Source: an uncultured Macromonas sp. (lineage in GTDB: Bacteria > Pseudomonadota > Gammaproteobacteria > Burkholderiales > Burkholderiaceae_C). From it: 64,000 nt of DNA. This document shows positions 42,565 to 51,820 of this stretch, in pieces (the stretch's first letter is position 1; every line of letters begins with the position of its first letter). The notes below the pieces were generated by a model. The model was given only the letters and a program-made list of their open reading frames with translations, made no database searches and was not told where the DNA came from. The translations under genes were made by a program, and so were the position numbers. The DNA lies in the NCBI GenBank assembly GCA_964420415.1, contig CAYQTH010000001.1, positions 5,565-69,564 on the forward strand, in the 5' to 3' direction.

Positions 42565-43536
42565 TTAGCCCACCATGCCTTTGAGGCGCTGGCCGACGAT
42601 GGCGCGGGTTTCGGTGACGATTTGCTGCACCAGTTCGCCGCAAGTGGGGATGCTGTGGATCAGGCCCACGGCGACACCGGCTGCGAAGGCGCCGTCTTCA
42701 GGGTCGCCCTTCTTGGCGGCTTCGACCCAGCGTGCGCTACTGGCCAGTGCCATCAGTTCGTCGTGGCTGGGGTGGCCGGTTTTTTCCAGCTCCAGAATCT
42801 GCGCGGTCAGGCTGTTCTTGAGCACACGGGTTGAATCGCCGATGGTGCGGCAGATGAGGGCTGTGTCGCGCTCGGTGGCGGCCAGGTAGCGCGCCTTCAC
42901 CGCCTCGTGCATGGGCGACTCTTGCGTCATCATGAAACGGGTACCCATGCTCACGCCTTCTGCCCCCAGGGCGAAGGCGGCGACCAAGCCGCGCGCGTCG
43001 GCGAAACCGCCCGAAGCCACGACGGGGATTTTCAGCTTTTCCACGGTGGCCGGGATCAGCACCATGTTGGGCACGTAGTCTTCGCCGGGGTGGCCGGCCG
43101 CTTCGAAGCCGGTGATGCTGACGGCATCTGCGCCAAGCTGCTCGGCCTTCAACGCAAAACGCACGGCGGTGCATTTGTGCAGCACCTTGATGCCCGCCGC
43201 CTTGAACGCGGCAATGAACTTCGCCGGGTTGCCGCCAGCGGTTTCAACGCACTGGACGCCGGAGTCGATGATGACCTGGGCGTAATCGTCCGGCTTCACG
43301 TCCAGGTTGGGCAGGATGGTGAGGTTGACGCCGAAAGGCTTGCTGGTGAGCGAGCGGGTTTTTTCGATTTCCTGGCGCAGGGCATCGGCAGACGGCAGGC
43401 TGTGGGCCGACAAAAAGCCCAGGCCGCCCGCGTTCGCCACCGCTGCGACCAGTTCGGCGCGGGCCACGTGGCGCATGCCACCTTGGATCAGAGGGTACTC
43501 GATGCCGAACAGTTCGGTAATGCGTGTCTTGAACAT
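42565..43536 (-). CDS. nitronate monooxygenase-like FMN oxidoreductase (NMO family)
   Basis: GIEYPLIQGGMRHVA and VVASGGFADARG. Paralog of 8026..9000. Confidence 0.85.
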   Translation of the reverse strand: MFKTRITELFGIEYPLIQGGMRHVARAELVAAVANAGGLGFLSAHSLPSADALRQEIEKTRSLTSKPFGVNLTILPNLDVKPDDYAQVIIDSGVQCVETAGGNPAKFIAAFKAAGIKVLHKCTAVRFALKAEQLGADAVSITGFEAAGHPGEDYVPNMVLIPATVEKLKIPVVASGGFADARGLVAAFALGAEGVSMGTRFMMTQESPMHEAVKARYLAATERDTALICRTIGDSTRVLKNSLTAQILELEKTGHPSHDELMALASSARWVEAAKKGDPEDGAFAAGVAVGLIHSIPTCGELVQQIVTETRAIVGQRLKGMVG

Positions 43537-43553
43537 GGTGCAAATCTGGTTAA

Positions 43554-44396
43554 TTAGTCGAAATGGGTGCTGGAGGCCACGGCTTCCCAGGCATCCAGTT
43601 CTTTGCTCATGGCGGCCAGCTGGTCGCGCAGGAATTTCACGGAATCGGCGCCCAGCGGCAAACGCATGGGGGGCTGCTCCGCATCCACGGCGGCGATGAT
43701 GGCCAGCGCACCCTTGGCCGGGTCGTTCTGCTGGTGGCCGTCCATTTTGCTCAGCCCGCCCCGAATGAGACCCGCCGTGGGGGCGTAGTCTTCAATCACC
43801 TTGGCGGAGCGGATGATGGCTGTGTCGGAAGACCAGTTGGTGCGGAAAGCCCCCGGCTCGATGAGCGTGACCTTGATGCCCAGGTGGGCCGCTTCGGCCG
43901 CCAGGCTCTCGGAAAACCCTTCGACCGCGTGCTTGGACGCGCTGTAAATGGACATGCCCAGGATGCCCTTGTAGCCCGCCACCGAAGAAATGTTCACGAA
44001 ATGCCCGCGTTTTTGCGCACGCATGAAGGGCAGGGCGGCTTGCGTGACAGCCACCAGGCCGAAGAAGTTGGTTTCCATCTGGTGTCGGATTTCTGTGTCG
44101 CTGACTTCTTCCGCAGCACCCGAGAGACCATAGCCGGCATTGTTCACCACCACGTCAATACCGCCCGTTTTTTCAATGGCCTGGGTGACGATGCTGTGGA
44201 TGTGGTCTTGGTCGGTCACGTCCAGCTGGCAGGCAAAGGCGCGGCCAGGGGCCAGTGCTTCGAACCCGGCCAGCTGCTCGCGTTTGCGCAGGGTGCCTAT
44301 CACCACTTCGCCGCGGGCCAAAACAGCTTCAGCCAGGGCACGGCCCAGGCCAGAGGACACGCCTGTGATCAGCCAGGTGCGTTTGCGTTCGGACAT
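43554..44396 (-). CDS. SDR (classical)
   Basis: WLITGVSSGLGRALA, NNAG and YSASKHA. The start was moved from the listed 44444 to ATG 44396, which has a GGAGA RBS. Confidence 0.9.
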   Translation of the reverse strand: MSERKRTWLITGVSSGLGRALAEAVLARGEVVIGTLRKREQLAGFEALAPGRAFACQLDVTDQDHIHSIVTQAIEKTGGIDVVVNNAGYGLSGAAEEVSDTEIRHQMETNFFGLVAVTQAALPFMRAQKRGHFVNISSVAGYKGILGMSIYSASKHAVEGFSESLAAEAAHLGIKVTLIEPGAFRTNWSSDTAIIRSAKVIEDYAPTAGLIRGGLSKMDGHQQNDPAKGALAIIAAVDAEQPPMRLPLGADSVKFLRDQLAAMSKELDAWEAVASSTHFD

Positions 44397-44446
44397 GTGT
44401 GTCTCCAAAAGGGGGTGGAATTGTGTGTTGGATTCTAGCGCCACGT

Positions 44447-44464
44447 GGTTAACTGGGTTAATCA
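44447..44464. promoter_or_regulatory. composite motif GGTTAACT-GG-GTTAATCA, also found at 62622..62641
   Basis: Two 8-mers identical to those at 62622..62629 and 62634..62641. The motif overlaps the stop codon of the XRE-MarR gene, ~50 nt upstream of the SDR-NMO-PrpD operon start. A related TGGTTAATTAG lies at 43547..43557. Confidence 0.4.
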
Positions 44465-45292
44465 GGTGGCGGCCATGTCCTGTGCGGGAATGTCTTTCTG
44501 AGGGGCGGAATAGTCATGTTCTGCTTCGGTGTGCTGGAAGGCTTCCAGCAGTTGTGACAGCGCCAGAACCAAGTGGGAGCGTTCGTTGCTGTCCATGTTG
44601 CTGATGGCGGTGAACTCGCGGCTGTGGCGTGCCATGTGTTCTTGTTGCAATGCGAGCCCTTGCGGTGTCAACCGGATCAGGGAGCCGCGCCGGTCGTTGG
44701 GGTTGCTGATGCGCTCCACCAGCCCCAGCCGTTCCAGGTTGTCGATGCGTTTGGACATGCCGGGCAGGCTGATCCAGAATTGTCGGCGCAAATTGCTGAG
44801 CGTGCTTTCATAGGGCGCACCTTGCCGCCGCAGTGTGCCGAGCACGAACAACTCACCCGAGCTCATGTTGTAGCGGGCCGACATCCGTTTGACTCCGTTG
44901 CTCAGGTACAGGGAGAGCCGTTGAATGAGAACGCCGAGCAAGTAAATGTGCGGATCCCGATCAGGATATTCGCGGCGGTAACTGGCCAGTAAATCCTGGT
45001 CGGATGTGGATAACCGGGATTGCACGGCGAGGGAGGGTGCTGTGCCGTTGTGGCTGGACGGGGGGGGCGTTTCCTCGGGAGGTGTCTGCAGCGCCAACTC
45101 GCATCCCAGTGCATGAACCATCTTTTCCAGCCTGGACACCAGCATGTCGTCCCCCTTTTCTGCTTTCGCTATCAGGGGTTGGTGCGTGCCCAGCAGATGA
45201 GCCAGCGCACGCTGCGACAGGCCCTTTTGCAGTCGGCGCCGTTTCAGTTCTGTTCCCAATGTCATGAGTGCGCTTTGTGCTCTCTGGTTCAT
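44462..45292 (-). CDS. two-domain transcriptional regulator: N-terminal XRE-type HTH fused to C-terminal MarR-type winged helix
   Basis: N-terminus LGTELKRRRLQKGLSQRALAHLLGTHQPLIAKAEKG (XRE HTH). A Pro-rich linker QTPPEETPPPSS follows. C-terminus LGTLRRQG..SNLRRQFWISLPGMSKRIDNLERLGLVERISNPNDRRGSLIRLTPQG (MarR). The listed ORF (to 46018) is an antisense extension. The start is ATG 45292, or 45265. Confidence 0.8.
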   Translation of the reverse strand: MNQRAQSALMTLGTELKRRRLQKGLSQRALAHLLGTHQPLIAKAEKGDDMLVSRLEKMVHALGCELALQTPPEETPPPSSHNGTAPSLAVQSRLSTSDQDLLASYRREYPDRDPHIYLLGVLIQRLSLYLSNGVKRMSARYNMSSGELFVLGTLRRQGAPYESTLSNLRRQFWISLPGMSKRIDNLERLGLVERISNPNDRRGSLIRLTPQGLALQQEHMARHSREFTAISNMDSNERSHLVLALSQLLEAFQHTEAEHDYSAPQKDIPAQDMAAT

Positions 45293-45328
45293 AATCTTTA
45301 CAAAGTACTGGATGGCATGGTTTGAATG

Positions 45329-45344
45329 ATACTTCCAAAAGTAT
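45329..45344. promoter_or_regulatory. palindrome ATACTT-CCAA-AAGTAT in the XRE-MarR/kinase divergent region
   Basis: Perfect 6-bp arms with a 4-bp spacer, 37 nt upstream of the regulator start. A further AAAGTAC half-site-like copy lies at 45302. Confidence 0.4.
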
Positions 45345-45424
45345 TTTCCCGCCATTTCATTCGCATCCTCTGGCCGCGTGACCGGTTGCCAGGACGGATG
45401 CCAGAACCAAACAGAAGGAGCAAT

Positions 45425-46507
45425 GTGAAAAACCCCACCGTTTGCGATATGAGGTTGCCGCTGACGCCCGATGAGGTGTCCGTCGCTTGGCTGCAAGAGG
45501 CGTTGCGCTTTCGTTTCCCCCGTGTGGCACTTCGGGGGGCGACGGTGCAAGACGTGATGCTGGGCACCTCCACCAAAATCCGGGTTCGGTTGGACTACGA
45601 ACCAGGGGCAGATGTCGGCCTGCCGCAGACGATGATCGTCAAAGGCGGGTTTGAGCCTCACAGCGTGCACATGAAAGAGATGTACCTGACCGAGATCCGG
45701 GCCTACCGTGACGTGCTGCCATACATCGACATGCATGCGCCTGCCTGTTATTACGCGGGCAGCGATCCGGACAGCCACCAGTCCATCGTGATCATGGAGG
45801 ACCTGAAGCCCAAAGGCGCAGTGTTCCTGAGCGCGCTGCAGCCGCAAACCGTGCCGCAGGTGGCGCGGCGCCTGGAGGCGATGGCACGTTACCACGCGCA
45901 AACTTGGAACAGCCCTGAATTTGCTCATGGCGGGCGTTGGGACTTCATTGGTGGGAGGCACGAGGGGTGGAGCGTGGTGTACCAGAACCGTTACCTGGAG
46001 CCCGAGGTGTGGCAGCACTACATGGGCCTGCCCCGCGCGGCGGCGGTTTCACGCACTCTGCGCGATGGGGACTGGATGCGCGCCGCCCTGCAGGCGTTGG
46101 GGGATTGGCACCAGAAGTACCCGGTGTGCCTGCTGCATGGCGACACCCACCTGGGCAACCTGTACGAAGAAGCCGATGGCACCCCCGGTTTCTTTGACAT
46201 GCAGGTGGCCCGTGCGCCCTGGTTCATGGAAGTCACGTACCACATGGTGGCGGCACTGGACCTGGCCGACCGGCCGCAGCACGAGGAGGCGTTGCTGCGG
46301 CACTACCTCCAGGCTTTGCGCAGCCACGGGGTGGATGCGCCCGACTGGGACGATGCCTGGGCCTGTTACCGGCGCGAGATCGTGTATGGGCTCTTCATCT
46401 TCCTCATCAATGAAACCCGTTTCCAGACCGAGGCCATCAACACCGCTTACACGGCGCGTTTTGGTGCGGCGGCATTGCAGCACGGCACACGTGCGCTGCT
46501 GGGTTGA
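45425..46507 (+). CDS. phosphotransferase-family kinase (APH / EcKL-like), paralog of 25974..27065
   Basis: LHGDTHLGNLYE catalytic loop and FFDMQ. The preferred start is GTG 45425 (AAGGAG, 6-nt spacing), with ATG 45449 as the alternative. The listed start 45326 lies in the promoter region. Confidence 0.8.
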   Translation: MKNPTVCDMRLPLTPDEVSVAWLQEALRFRFPRVALRGATVQDVMLGTSTKIRVRLDYEPGADVGLPQTMIVKGGFEPHSVHMKEMYLTEIRAYRDVLPYIDMHAPACYYAGSDPDSHQSIVIMEDLKPKGAVFLSALQPQTVPQVARRLEAMARYHAQTWNSPEFAHGGRWDFIGGRHEGWSVVYQNRYLEPEVWQHYMGLPRAAAVSRTLRDGDWMRAALQALGDWHQKYPVCLLHGDTHLGNLYEEADGTPGFFDMQVARAPWFMEVTYHMVAALDLADRPQHEEALLRHYLQALRSHGVDAPDWDDAWACYRREIVYGLFIFLINETRFQTEAINTAYTARFGAAALQHGTRALLG

Positions 46508-46529
46508 ATCGAACACCGTTATTACTTGC

Positions 46530-47201
46530 ATGTCTAAATTGCCATTATCTGTGCGCTCGAGCCCTGGTGCCCCGTCCGCCCAGCAGCGCATTCTTGATGC
46601 AGCCGAGGCCTGCTTTGCCCGGCAAGGGTTCTACGGCACCACCATACGCAACATCACCGACGAAGCGGGTGTGCCATTGAGTTTGGCCAGGTACCACTTT
46701 GGGTCCAAAGAGCAGCTGTTCCAGCAGGTGCTGGGCCGACGGGCCGAGGAAACCTGCCGCCAGTTGGACGAGTCGCTGGCCAAGGCGTTACAAACCACGA
46801 CACTGGGCGACCGGTTGGAAGCCGTGGTGGCGGCCATGCTGTCACTGTCTGTTGAACGCATGGCCAGCGGCAACCTCGAGTGGCGGCACTACCTGCAATT
46901 GCTGGCCAGTTTGGGGCCGCTCAATGACAAGCCGGAATTGACCCGTCCCTTCCGTGAGCCTTACACCAGCACGCTGGAGCGTTACCGACAGGCCTTGTGC
47001 GATGCCTTGCCAGGGGCGAAACCGGCCGTGGTTGACTGGGGGCTGCATTTCTTGCAAACGCTGGCGGGGCACGCCATTCACGATACGCAGACGACCCGTT
47101 TGCTGTCAGGACAGGAAGGGGCGGGTGCTGACTTGCATGAGCTGTTGAAACACTTGGTGGCCCACGTGGTGGGCGGTATTCGCGCGCAAATGCAAGTCTG
47201 A
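46530..47201 (+). CDS. TetR-family transcriptional regulator
   Basis: QQRILDAAEACFARQGFYGTTIRNITDEAGVPLSLARYHFGSKEQLF. The listed ORF start 45921 is an extension inside the kinase gene in another frame. Confidence 0.88.
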   Translation: MSKLPLSVRSSPGAPSAQQRILDAAEACFARQGFYGTTIRNITDEAGVPLSLARYHFGSKEQLFQQVLGRRAEETCRQLDESLAKALQTTTLGDRLEAVVAAMLSLSVERMASGNLEWRHYLQLLASLGPLNDKPELTRPFREPYTSTLERYRQALCDALPGAKPAVVDWGLHFLQTLAGHAIHDTQTTRLLSGQEGAGADLHELLKHLVAHVVGGIRAQMQV

Positions 47202-47246
47202 TGGGGTGGTGAGTGAGTGGCAGCCGTGCGTGCGACAATGACCGCC

Positions 47247-47873
47247 ATGTTCAAGCTGTATTACCACCCCAATTCGCTGGCGTTTTCAGTGCATATTGCG
47301 CTGGAGGAGCTGGGCCTGCCCTACCAACTGGTTTCGGTCGACCACGCCAAGATGGTTTGCGGCGAAGGGCAGCCATATCTCACGATCCACCCCATGGGAA
47401 CGGTGCCGGCCCTGCGCCTGGAAGATGGCCAGGTGCTGACCGAATCCACTGCCATTCTGGCGTATTTGGCGGATTTGCAGCCCACCCGGCAACTCGCTCC
47501 TGGACGTGGCGACTTCGCTTATTACCGGCTGCTGGAGTGGATGAACTTTGTGTCGGCCGAAATCCAGCAGTGCTATTTGCGCTTCACCATTCCGAACGCT
47601 CCTGCAGAGGTGGCGGCGCATGCGGTACAGCGCCTGGCACGGCGTTATGGCCGGGTCGATCAAGTGCTGCAAGATGGCCGGGCGTACCTGCTCGGGGAGG
47701 CTTTCACCGTTGCCGATGCGCTGCTGTATTCGACGGTGCGCTGGTGCCCGCTGGTAGGGCTGGACACAGCGCAATGGCCAGCCTTGCAAGCCTGGACGGG
47801 GCGCATGGGACAGCGACCCGCTGTGGTGGCCGCACTGGCAGCAGAAGAACGGGCAGGCGGCAAGGCGCCTTAA
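47247..47873 (+). CDS. glutathione S-transferase
   Basis: MFKLYYHPNSLAFSVHIALEELGLPY...VPAL..ESTAILAYL thioredoxin-like N-domain. The start is ambiguous (GTG 47217, ATG 47238 or ATG 47247). Confidence 0.8.
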   Translation: MFKLYYHPNSLAFSVHIALEELGLPYQLVSVDHAKMVCGEGQPYLTIHPMGTVPALRLEDGQVLTESTAILAYLADLQPTRQLAPGRGDFAYYRLLEWMNFVSAEIQQCYLRFTIPNAPAEVAAHAVQRLARRYGRVDQVLQDGRAYLLGEAFTVADALLYSTVRWCPLVGLDTAQWPALQAWTGRMGQRPAVVAALAAEERAGGKAP

Positions 47874-48838
47874 CCGCCCAGCAGCACCACCTTGCCGGAA
47901 AGCTGGTGGTTCATCAGTGACTGAACCAGGGTGGCTGCCTGGTCCAGCGGGGCCGTGTGCGTTACCTGCGGGCGTATGGAACCGTTCTGCAACCAGCCCA
48001 GCAGCTCCCGCATCATGGCCGCGTTGCGGCTGGCGTCCTGCCGAGAAAAATCCGCGTTCACGCCCACACTGCTGACGCCTTTGAGCAAGAGGATATTGGT
48101 GGGAAGGGCGGGGATGCTCCCGCCCGCAAAACCGATCACCAGATGACGTCCGCCTGGGCGCATGGATTTCACGGCGGGCAAGGTGTAGTCGCCGCCGACC
48201 GGGTCCACCACAACATCAGGGGACACGTTGTGCGTTTGCAGCAGTGGGCGCAATTGGGTGGCGTCGGGGCATACCAGTACCGTGTCAGCACCGGCCTGTG
48301 AGCAGAGGAGGCGGGTGCTTTCGCGGGTGGTCACGGCGGTGACGCGGGCGCCCAGGACCCGTGCGACTTGAATGGCGGCGGTGCCGACACCGCCAGAGGC
48401 TCCCAGCACCAGCACGTCTTCGTCGGCTCGTGTATGACCCCGGTCGCGCAGGGCGTGCAAGGCGGTGCTGTACACCACCGGCGTGGCCGCGGCACTGGCC
48501 CAGGGGATGTCGGGTGGCAAGGGATGCACGTTGGCCTGTGCGGCCAGGACTTCTTCGGCCAAGCAGCCGTAGGTGCCGCGCACCACCACCCGGTCACCCA
48601 CGGCCACACCGGTGACGCCCGGCCCTACCGCGCTCACCAGTCCCGCCATTTCGGCGCCCGGAATGAAGGGAAAGGGCGGTTTGATTTGGTACCGTCCGGC
48701 CACCATCAGGCCGTCGGGGTAGTTGAGCGCTGCCGCCTTCAGCGTGACCCGTACCTCGCCCGCTGAGGGTGTGGGTGTGGGTACGTCCTCGAGCACCAGG
48801 CCCGATGGTTCAAAGGCATGGCAGCGCCAAGCCTTCAT
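47870..48838 (-). CDS. NADPH:quinone oxidoreductase-like MDR (zeta-crystallin type)
   Basis: MKAWRCHAFEPS..GEVRVTLKAAALNYPD..FIPGAEMAGLV, VLGASGGVGTAAIQ. The start at 48838 lies 2 nt after the CoA-transferase stop. The listed start 49156 is an extension. Confidence 0.85.
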   Translation of the reverse strand: MKAWRCHAFEPSGLVLEDVPTPTPSAGEVRVTLKAAALNYPDGLMVAGRYQIKPPFPFIPGAEMAGLVSAVGPGVTGVAVGDRVVVRGTYGCLAEEVLAAQANVHPLPPDIPWASAAATPVVYSTALHALRDRGHTRADEDVLVLGASGGVGTAAIQVARVLGARVTAVTTRESTRLLCSQAGADTVLVCPDATQLRPLLQTHNVSPDVVVDPVGGDYTLPAVKSMRPGGRHLVIGFAGGSIPALPTNILLLKGVSSVGVNADFSRQDASRNAAMMRELLGWLQNGSIRPQVTHTAPLDQAATLVQSLMNHQLSGKVVLLGG

Positions 48839-48840
48839 GG

Positions 48841-50073
48841 TCAGACGATGCCTTGTTGGCGCAGCTCGGCAATCTTGTCTTGCGACAGGCCCAATTCGTT
48901 GTGCAGGATCTCGTCGGTGTGTTGACCGAGTGTGGGCGGAGCCTGGTAGCGGGTCACCGGGGTGGCGGACATGTGTGCCAGTGGGCTGGCCAGCATGCTG
49001 ACCTGCCCCAGGGGATGGGGCACGGTGACTTTCAGGCCGCGGTGTTGCACCTGAACGTCGTTGAAGATGTCGGGCAAATCGTTGTAGCGTGCCGCCGGAA
49101 TGGCGATGTTGTCCAGTGCCGCCAGCAAGTCGTCGGTGGACCAGGTCATGCTCCACTGGTTGATCAGCGCGATGAGTTCATTGCGGTGCGTCCCGCGCAG
49201 CGGGTTGGTGGCAAAGCGCGGGTGGTCCTGCAGGTCGGGCCGTTCCATCAATTTGCACAGGCGGTTCCAGTGTTCGTCGGTGCCCGCGGTGATGTAGATG
49301 ATGCCGTCTTTGCAGTTCAGCAGGTCGGCGGGGCCGCCGCCGTTGCCGCCGTTGCCCAGACGGGGTGGCACTACGCCGGAAACGAGGTAGTCCTGCGTGA
49401 TGTGCGACACCATGGCCACGGAGCAGTCCAGCAAGGCCACGTCCAGGTACTGGCCTTGGCCCGTTGTGCTGCGGTGATGCAAGGCGGCCAGAATGGCCAG
49501 TGCTGCGTTGTGGCCGGTGAACACGTCCACCAGGCTGGGGCCTGCCTTGAGCGGACCTGCGCCGGGTTGTCCATCGGGAATGCCGGTGACGGCCATCATG
49601 CCGCCCATGGCCTGGAACAGGCCGTCGTAGCCAGGTTTGGCTGAATTGGGACCCGTTTGACCGTAACCTGTGACGGAGCAGTAAATCAAGCGCGGGTTGA
49701 TCTGTTTCAGGGTGTCGAAATCCAGGCCGTAGCGTTTGAGGTCGCCGACTTTGTAGTTTTCAATGAAAACATCGGATTTGGCCGCCAGGTCACGGATCAA
49801 TTGCTGGCCTTGGGGTTTGGACAGATCGACCGTCAGGGAACGCTTGTTGCGGTTCGCACTCAGGAAAAAAGACGACTCCAGGGTGCGGTTGCCTTGTTCG
49901 TCGAGGAGCGACGAAAAACCGTACTTGCGTCCGTCATCACCCACGCCGGCGCGCTCAACTTTGATGACATCGGCACCAAGATCGCCGAGGATCTGACCAC
50001 AGAATGGCCCGGCCAGCACGCGGCTCAGGTCCAGTACGCGAACACCCTCCAGGGCGGTGGCGTTTTTGCTCAT
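48841..50073 (-). CDS. family III CoA-transferase (CaiB/BaiF/Frc type)
   Basis: LEGVRVLDLSRVLAGPFCGQILGDLGADVIKVE. The start was moved from the listed 50238 to ATG 50073, which has an AGGAGA RBS. Confidence 0.88.
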   Translation of the reverse strand: MSKNATALEGVRVLDLSRVLAGPFCGQILGDLGADVIKVERAGVGDDGRKYGFSSLLDEQGNRTLESSFFLSANRNKRSLTVDLSKPQGQQLIRDLAAKSDVFIENYKVGDLKRYGLDFDTLKQINPRLIYCSVTGYGQTGPNSAKPGYDGLFQAMGGMMAVTGIPDGQPGAGPLKAGPSLVDVFTGHNAALAILAALHHRSTTGQGQYLDVALLDCSVAMVSHITQDYLVSGVVPPRLGNGGNGGGPADLLNCKDGIIYITAGTDEHWNRLCKLMERPDLQDHPRFATNPLRGTHRNELIALINQWSMTWSTDDLLAALDNIAIPAARYNDLPDIFNDVQVQHRGLKVTVPHPLGQVSMLASPLAHMSATPVTRYQAPPTLGQHTDEILHNELGLSQDKIAELRQQGIV

Positions 50074-50234
50074 TGTTTTGTCTCCTGTCGCTGTGCGCTT
50101 TGCCTTTGGCGGCGCAGAGGCTCGTGATACAAGTCGGGGGGAAGCTGCGCTCAGGCTCGCCAGCGAAGAGGTGCCGGCGGGCAGGGCAGACAACTTTTCA
50201 TTATATTCACGCGCTGCCTGGGCCGCTTCGGGCC

Positions 50235-51767
50235 TCAATCTTGGCTGACAGCGCGGCGCAGTTCACGCTTGAGGATCTTGCCCGTGGTGCCCAGCGGCAT
50301 GCTGGTCACGAATTCGAAGTGCGAGGGGCATTTGTACGGTGCCAGCAGGCTGCGCACGTGGCTTTCCAGCGCCTGAAACACCGCAGGGCTGCTTTGGGCC
50401 GGGTCGCGCAATTGCACATAGGCCACGATGGTTTCGTTGCCGTGCTCTGCCGGTTCACCCACCACGGCGGCGTGCAGCACACTGCCGTGGCTGCCGATGG
50501 CGGCCTCCACTTCGGCCGGGTAGACGTTGAAACCGGAGCGGATGATCATTTCCTTGGCGCGGCCCACCACGGCAAAGTCCCCATCCGGCAGCCAGCGGCC
50601 GAGGTCGCCCGTGGCGTACCAGCCGCCTTCGCGCATGACCTCGGCGGTGGCTTCGGGGTTGCCGAAATAGCCTTTCATCACGCTGGGGCCGCGTGCCTGT
50701 ATTTCGCCAATTTCGCCTGGTGCCACGGGGTGACCTTGGCCATCCACGATGCGCACTTCCACGTTGGCTTCAGGTCGTCCAACGCTCCAGGGCTGGCTGG
50801 GCCGGGTGATGGAACTGCGCGCCAGGGGGGCCACTTCGGTCATGCCGTAGGCGTTTTGCATGGGGCGGCCGAACGTGCGTTCAATGCGGGCTTTCAGTTC
50901 GGGGTCCAGTGGCGCGCCGCCAGAAACGAGGGTGCGCAGTGCGTGGCGCGACAGATCGATGCGCTCGGCTTCGATCTGGTCCAGCAGCCGCACCCAGGCT
51001 ACAGGGACCATGGAGGCTTGAGCCACCTCACCCCGTGCCATGGCCTGCACCAGTTCGCTGGGGGCCAGGCGTGGACGAATGCGCAATGCCGCGCCGTGCA
51101 ACAGGGCCGCCAGCACACTGGCGTGGCCCATGACGTGCGACAGGGGGGCGGCCACGTCGATCACATCATCGGCACGGGTGCCGCGCGCTGCGCCCACCAC
51201 GCGGCCATGGTTGAGCATGCCTGCGTGGCTGATCATCACGGCTTTGGGTTTGCCGGTGGTGCCAGAGGTGAAGATGAGGGAGCCGATTTCGTCGCTCGGG
51301 TTTGGGCTCGGCGGTGCGGGCGGGATGGTCGGTGTCCGTTGCAGGCCGCGCAGCGGGCCAAGTTGCGGCAATTCGACGGTGCCTGCGCCGTAGGCCTCGG
51401 CCAGCTCCTCAACGCTGGACGACTCTTCCAGGGAAAACAGCACCAGCCGGGGTTGAGCGCAGTCGAGCAGGCGGTCGATTTCGGCTGGCGGCATGCGCGC
51501 GTTGACCACGGCGGGCCAGGCCCGCACCGCCTGGGCTGCGAGCAGCAACACCAGCGTTGTGGGGCTGTTTTCCGACACGATGACCAGCCGGTCTCCGCCT
51601 TGCAGGCCTTGGCCGCTCAGGGCGCTGGCAGCCAGGCGCACGTGCCGCGCCAGGTCGGCCCAGCTCCAGTCGCCACCGGCGGCGCTCACGGCCAGGGCAT
51701 CACCGCGCTGTGCGGCGGTTGCAAAAACGTGTTCGTGCAGCGTGAGGCAGGGGGTCAAGGGTTCCAT
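50235..51767 (-). CDS. acyl-CoA synthetase (AMP-forming, ANL superfamily)
   Basis: IFTSGTTGKPKAVMISH, GWYATGDLG and a C-terminal GKILKRELR. Confidence 0.9.
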   Translation of the reverse strand: MEPLTPCLTLHEHVFATAAQRGDALAVSAAGGDWSWADLARHVRLAASALSGQGLQGGDRLVIVSENSPTTLVLLLAAQAVRAWPAVVNARMPPAEIDRLLDCAQPRLVLFSLEESSSVEELAEAYGAGTVELPQLGPLRGLQRTPTIPPAPPSPNPSDEIGSLIFTSGTTGKPKAVMISHAGMLNHGRVVGAARGTRADDVIDVAAPLSHVMGHASVLAALLHGAALRIRPRLAPSELVQAMARGEVAQASMVPVAWVRLLDQIEAERIDLSRHALRTLVSGGAPLDPELKARIERTFGRPMQNAYGMTEVAPLARSSITRPSQPWSVGRPEANVEVRIVDGQGHPVAPGEIGEIQARGPSVMKGYFGNPEATAEVMREGGWYATGDLGRWLPDGDFAVVGRAKEMIIRSGFNVYPAEVEAAIGSHGSVLHAAVVGEPAEHGNETIVAYVQLRDPAQSSPAVFQALESHVRSLLAPYKCPSHFEFVTSMPLGTTGKILKRELRRAVSQD

Positions 51768-51820
51768 GGTGGGGGCAGGGGGGCGGAGAAGAGCCGAAGC
51801 AAGGGCCAGACGGGCGTGGT

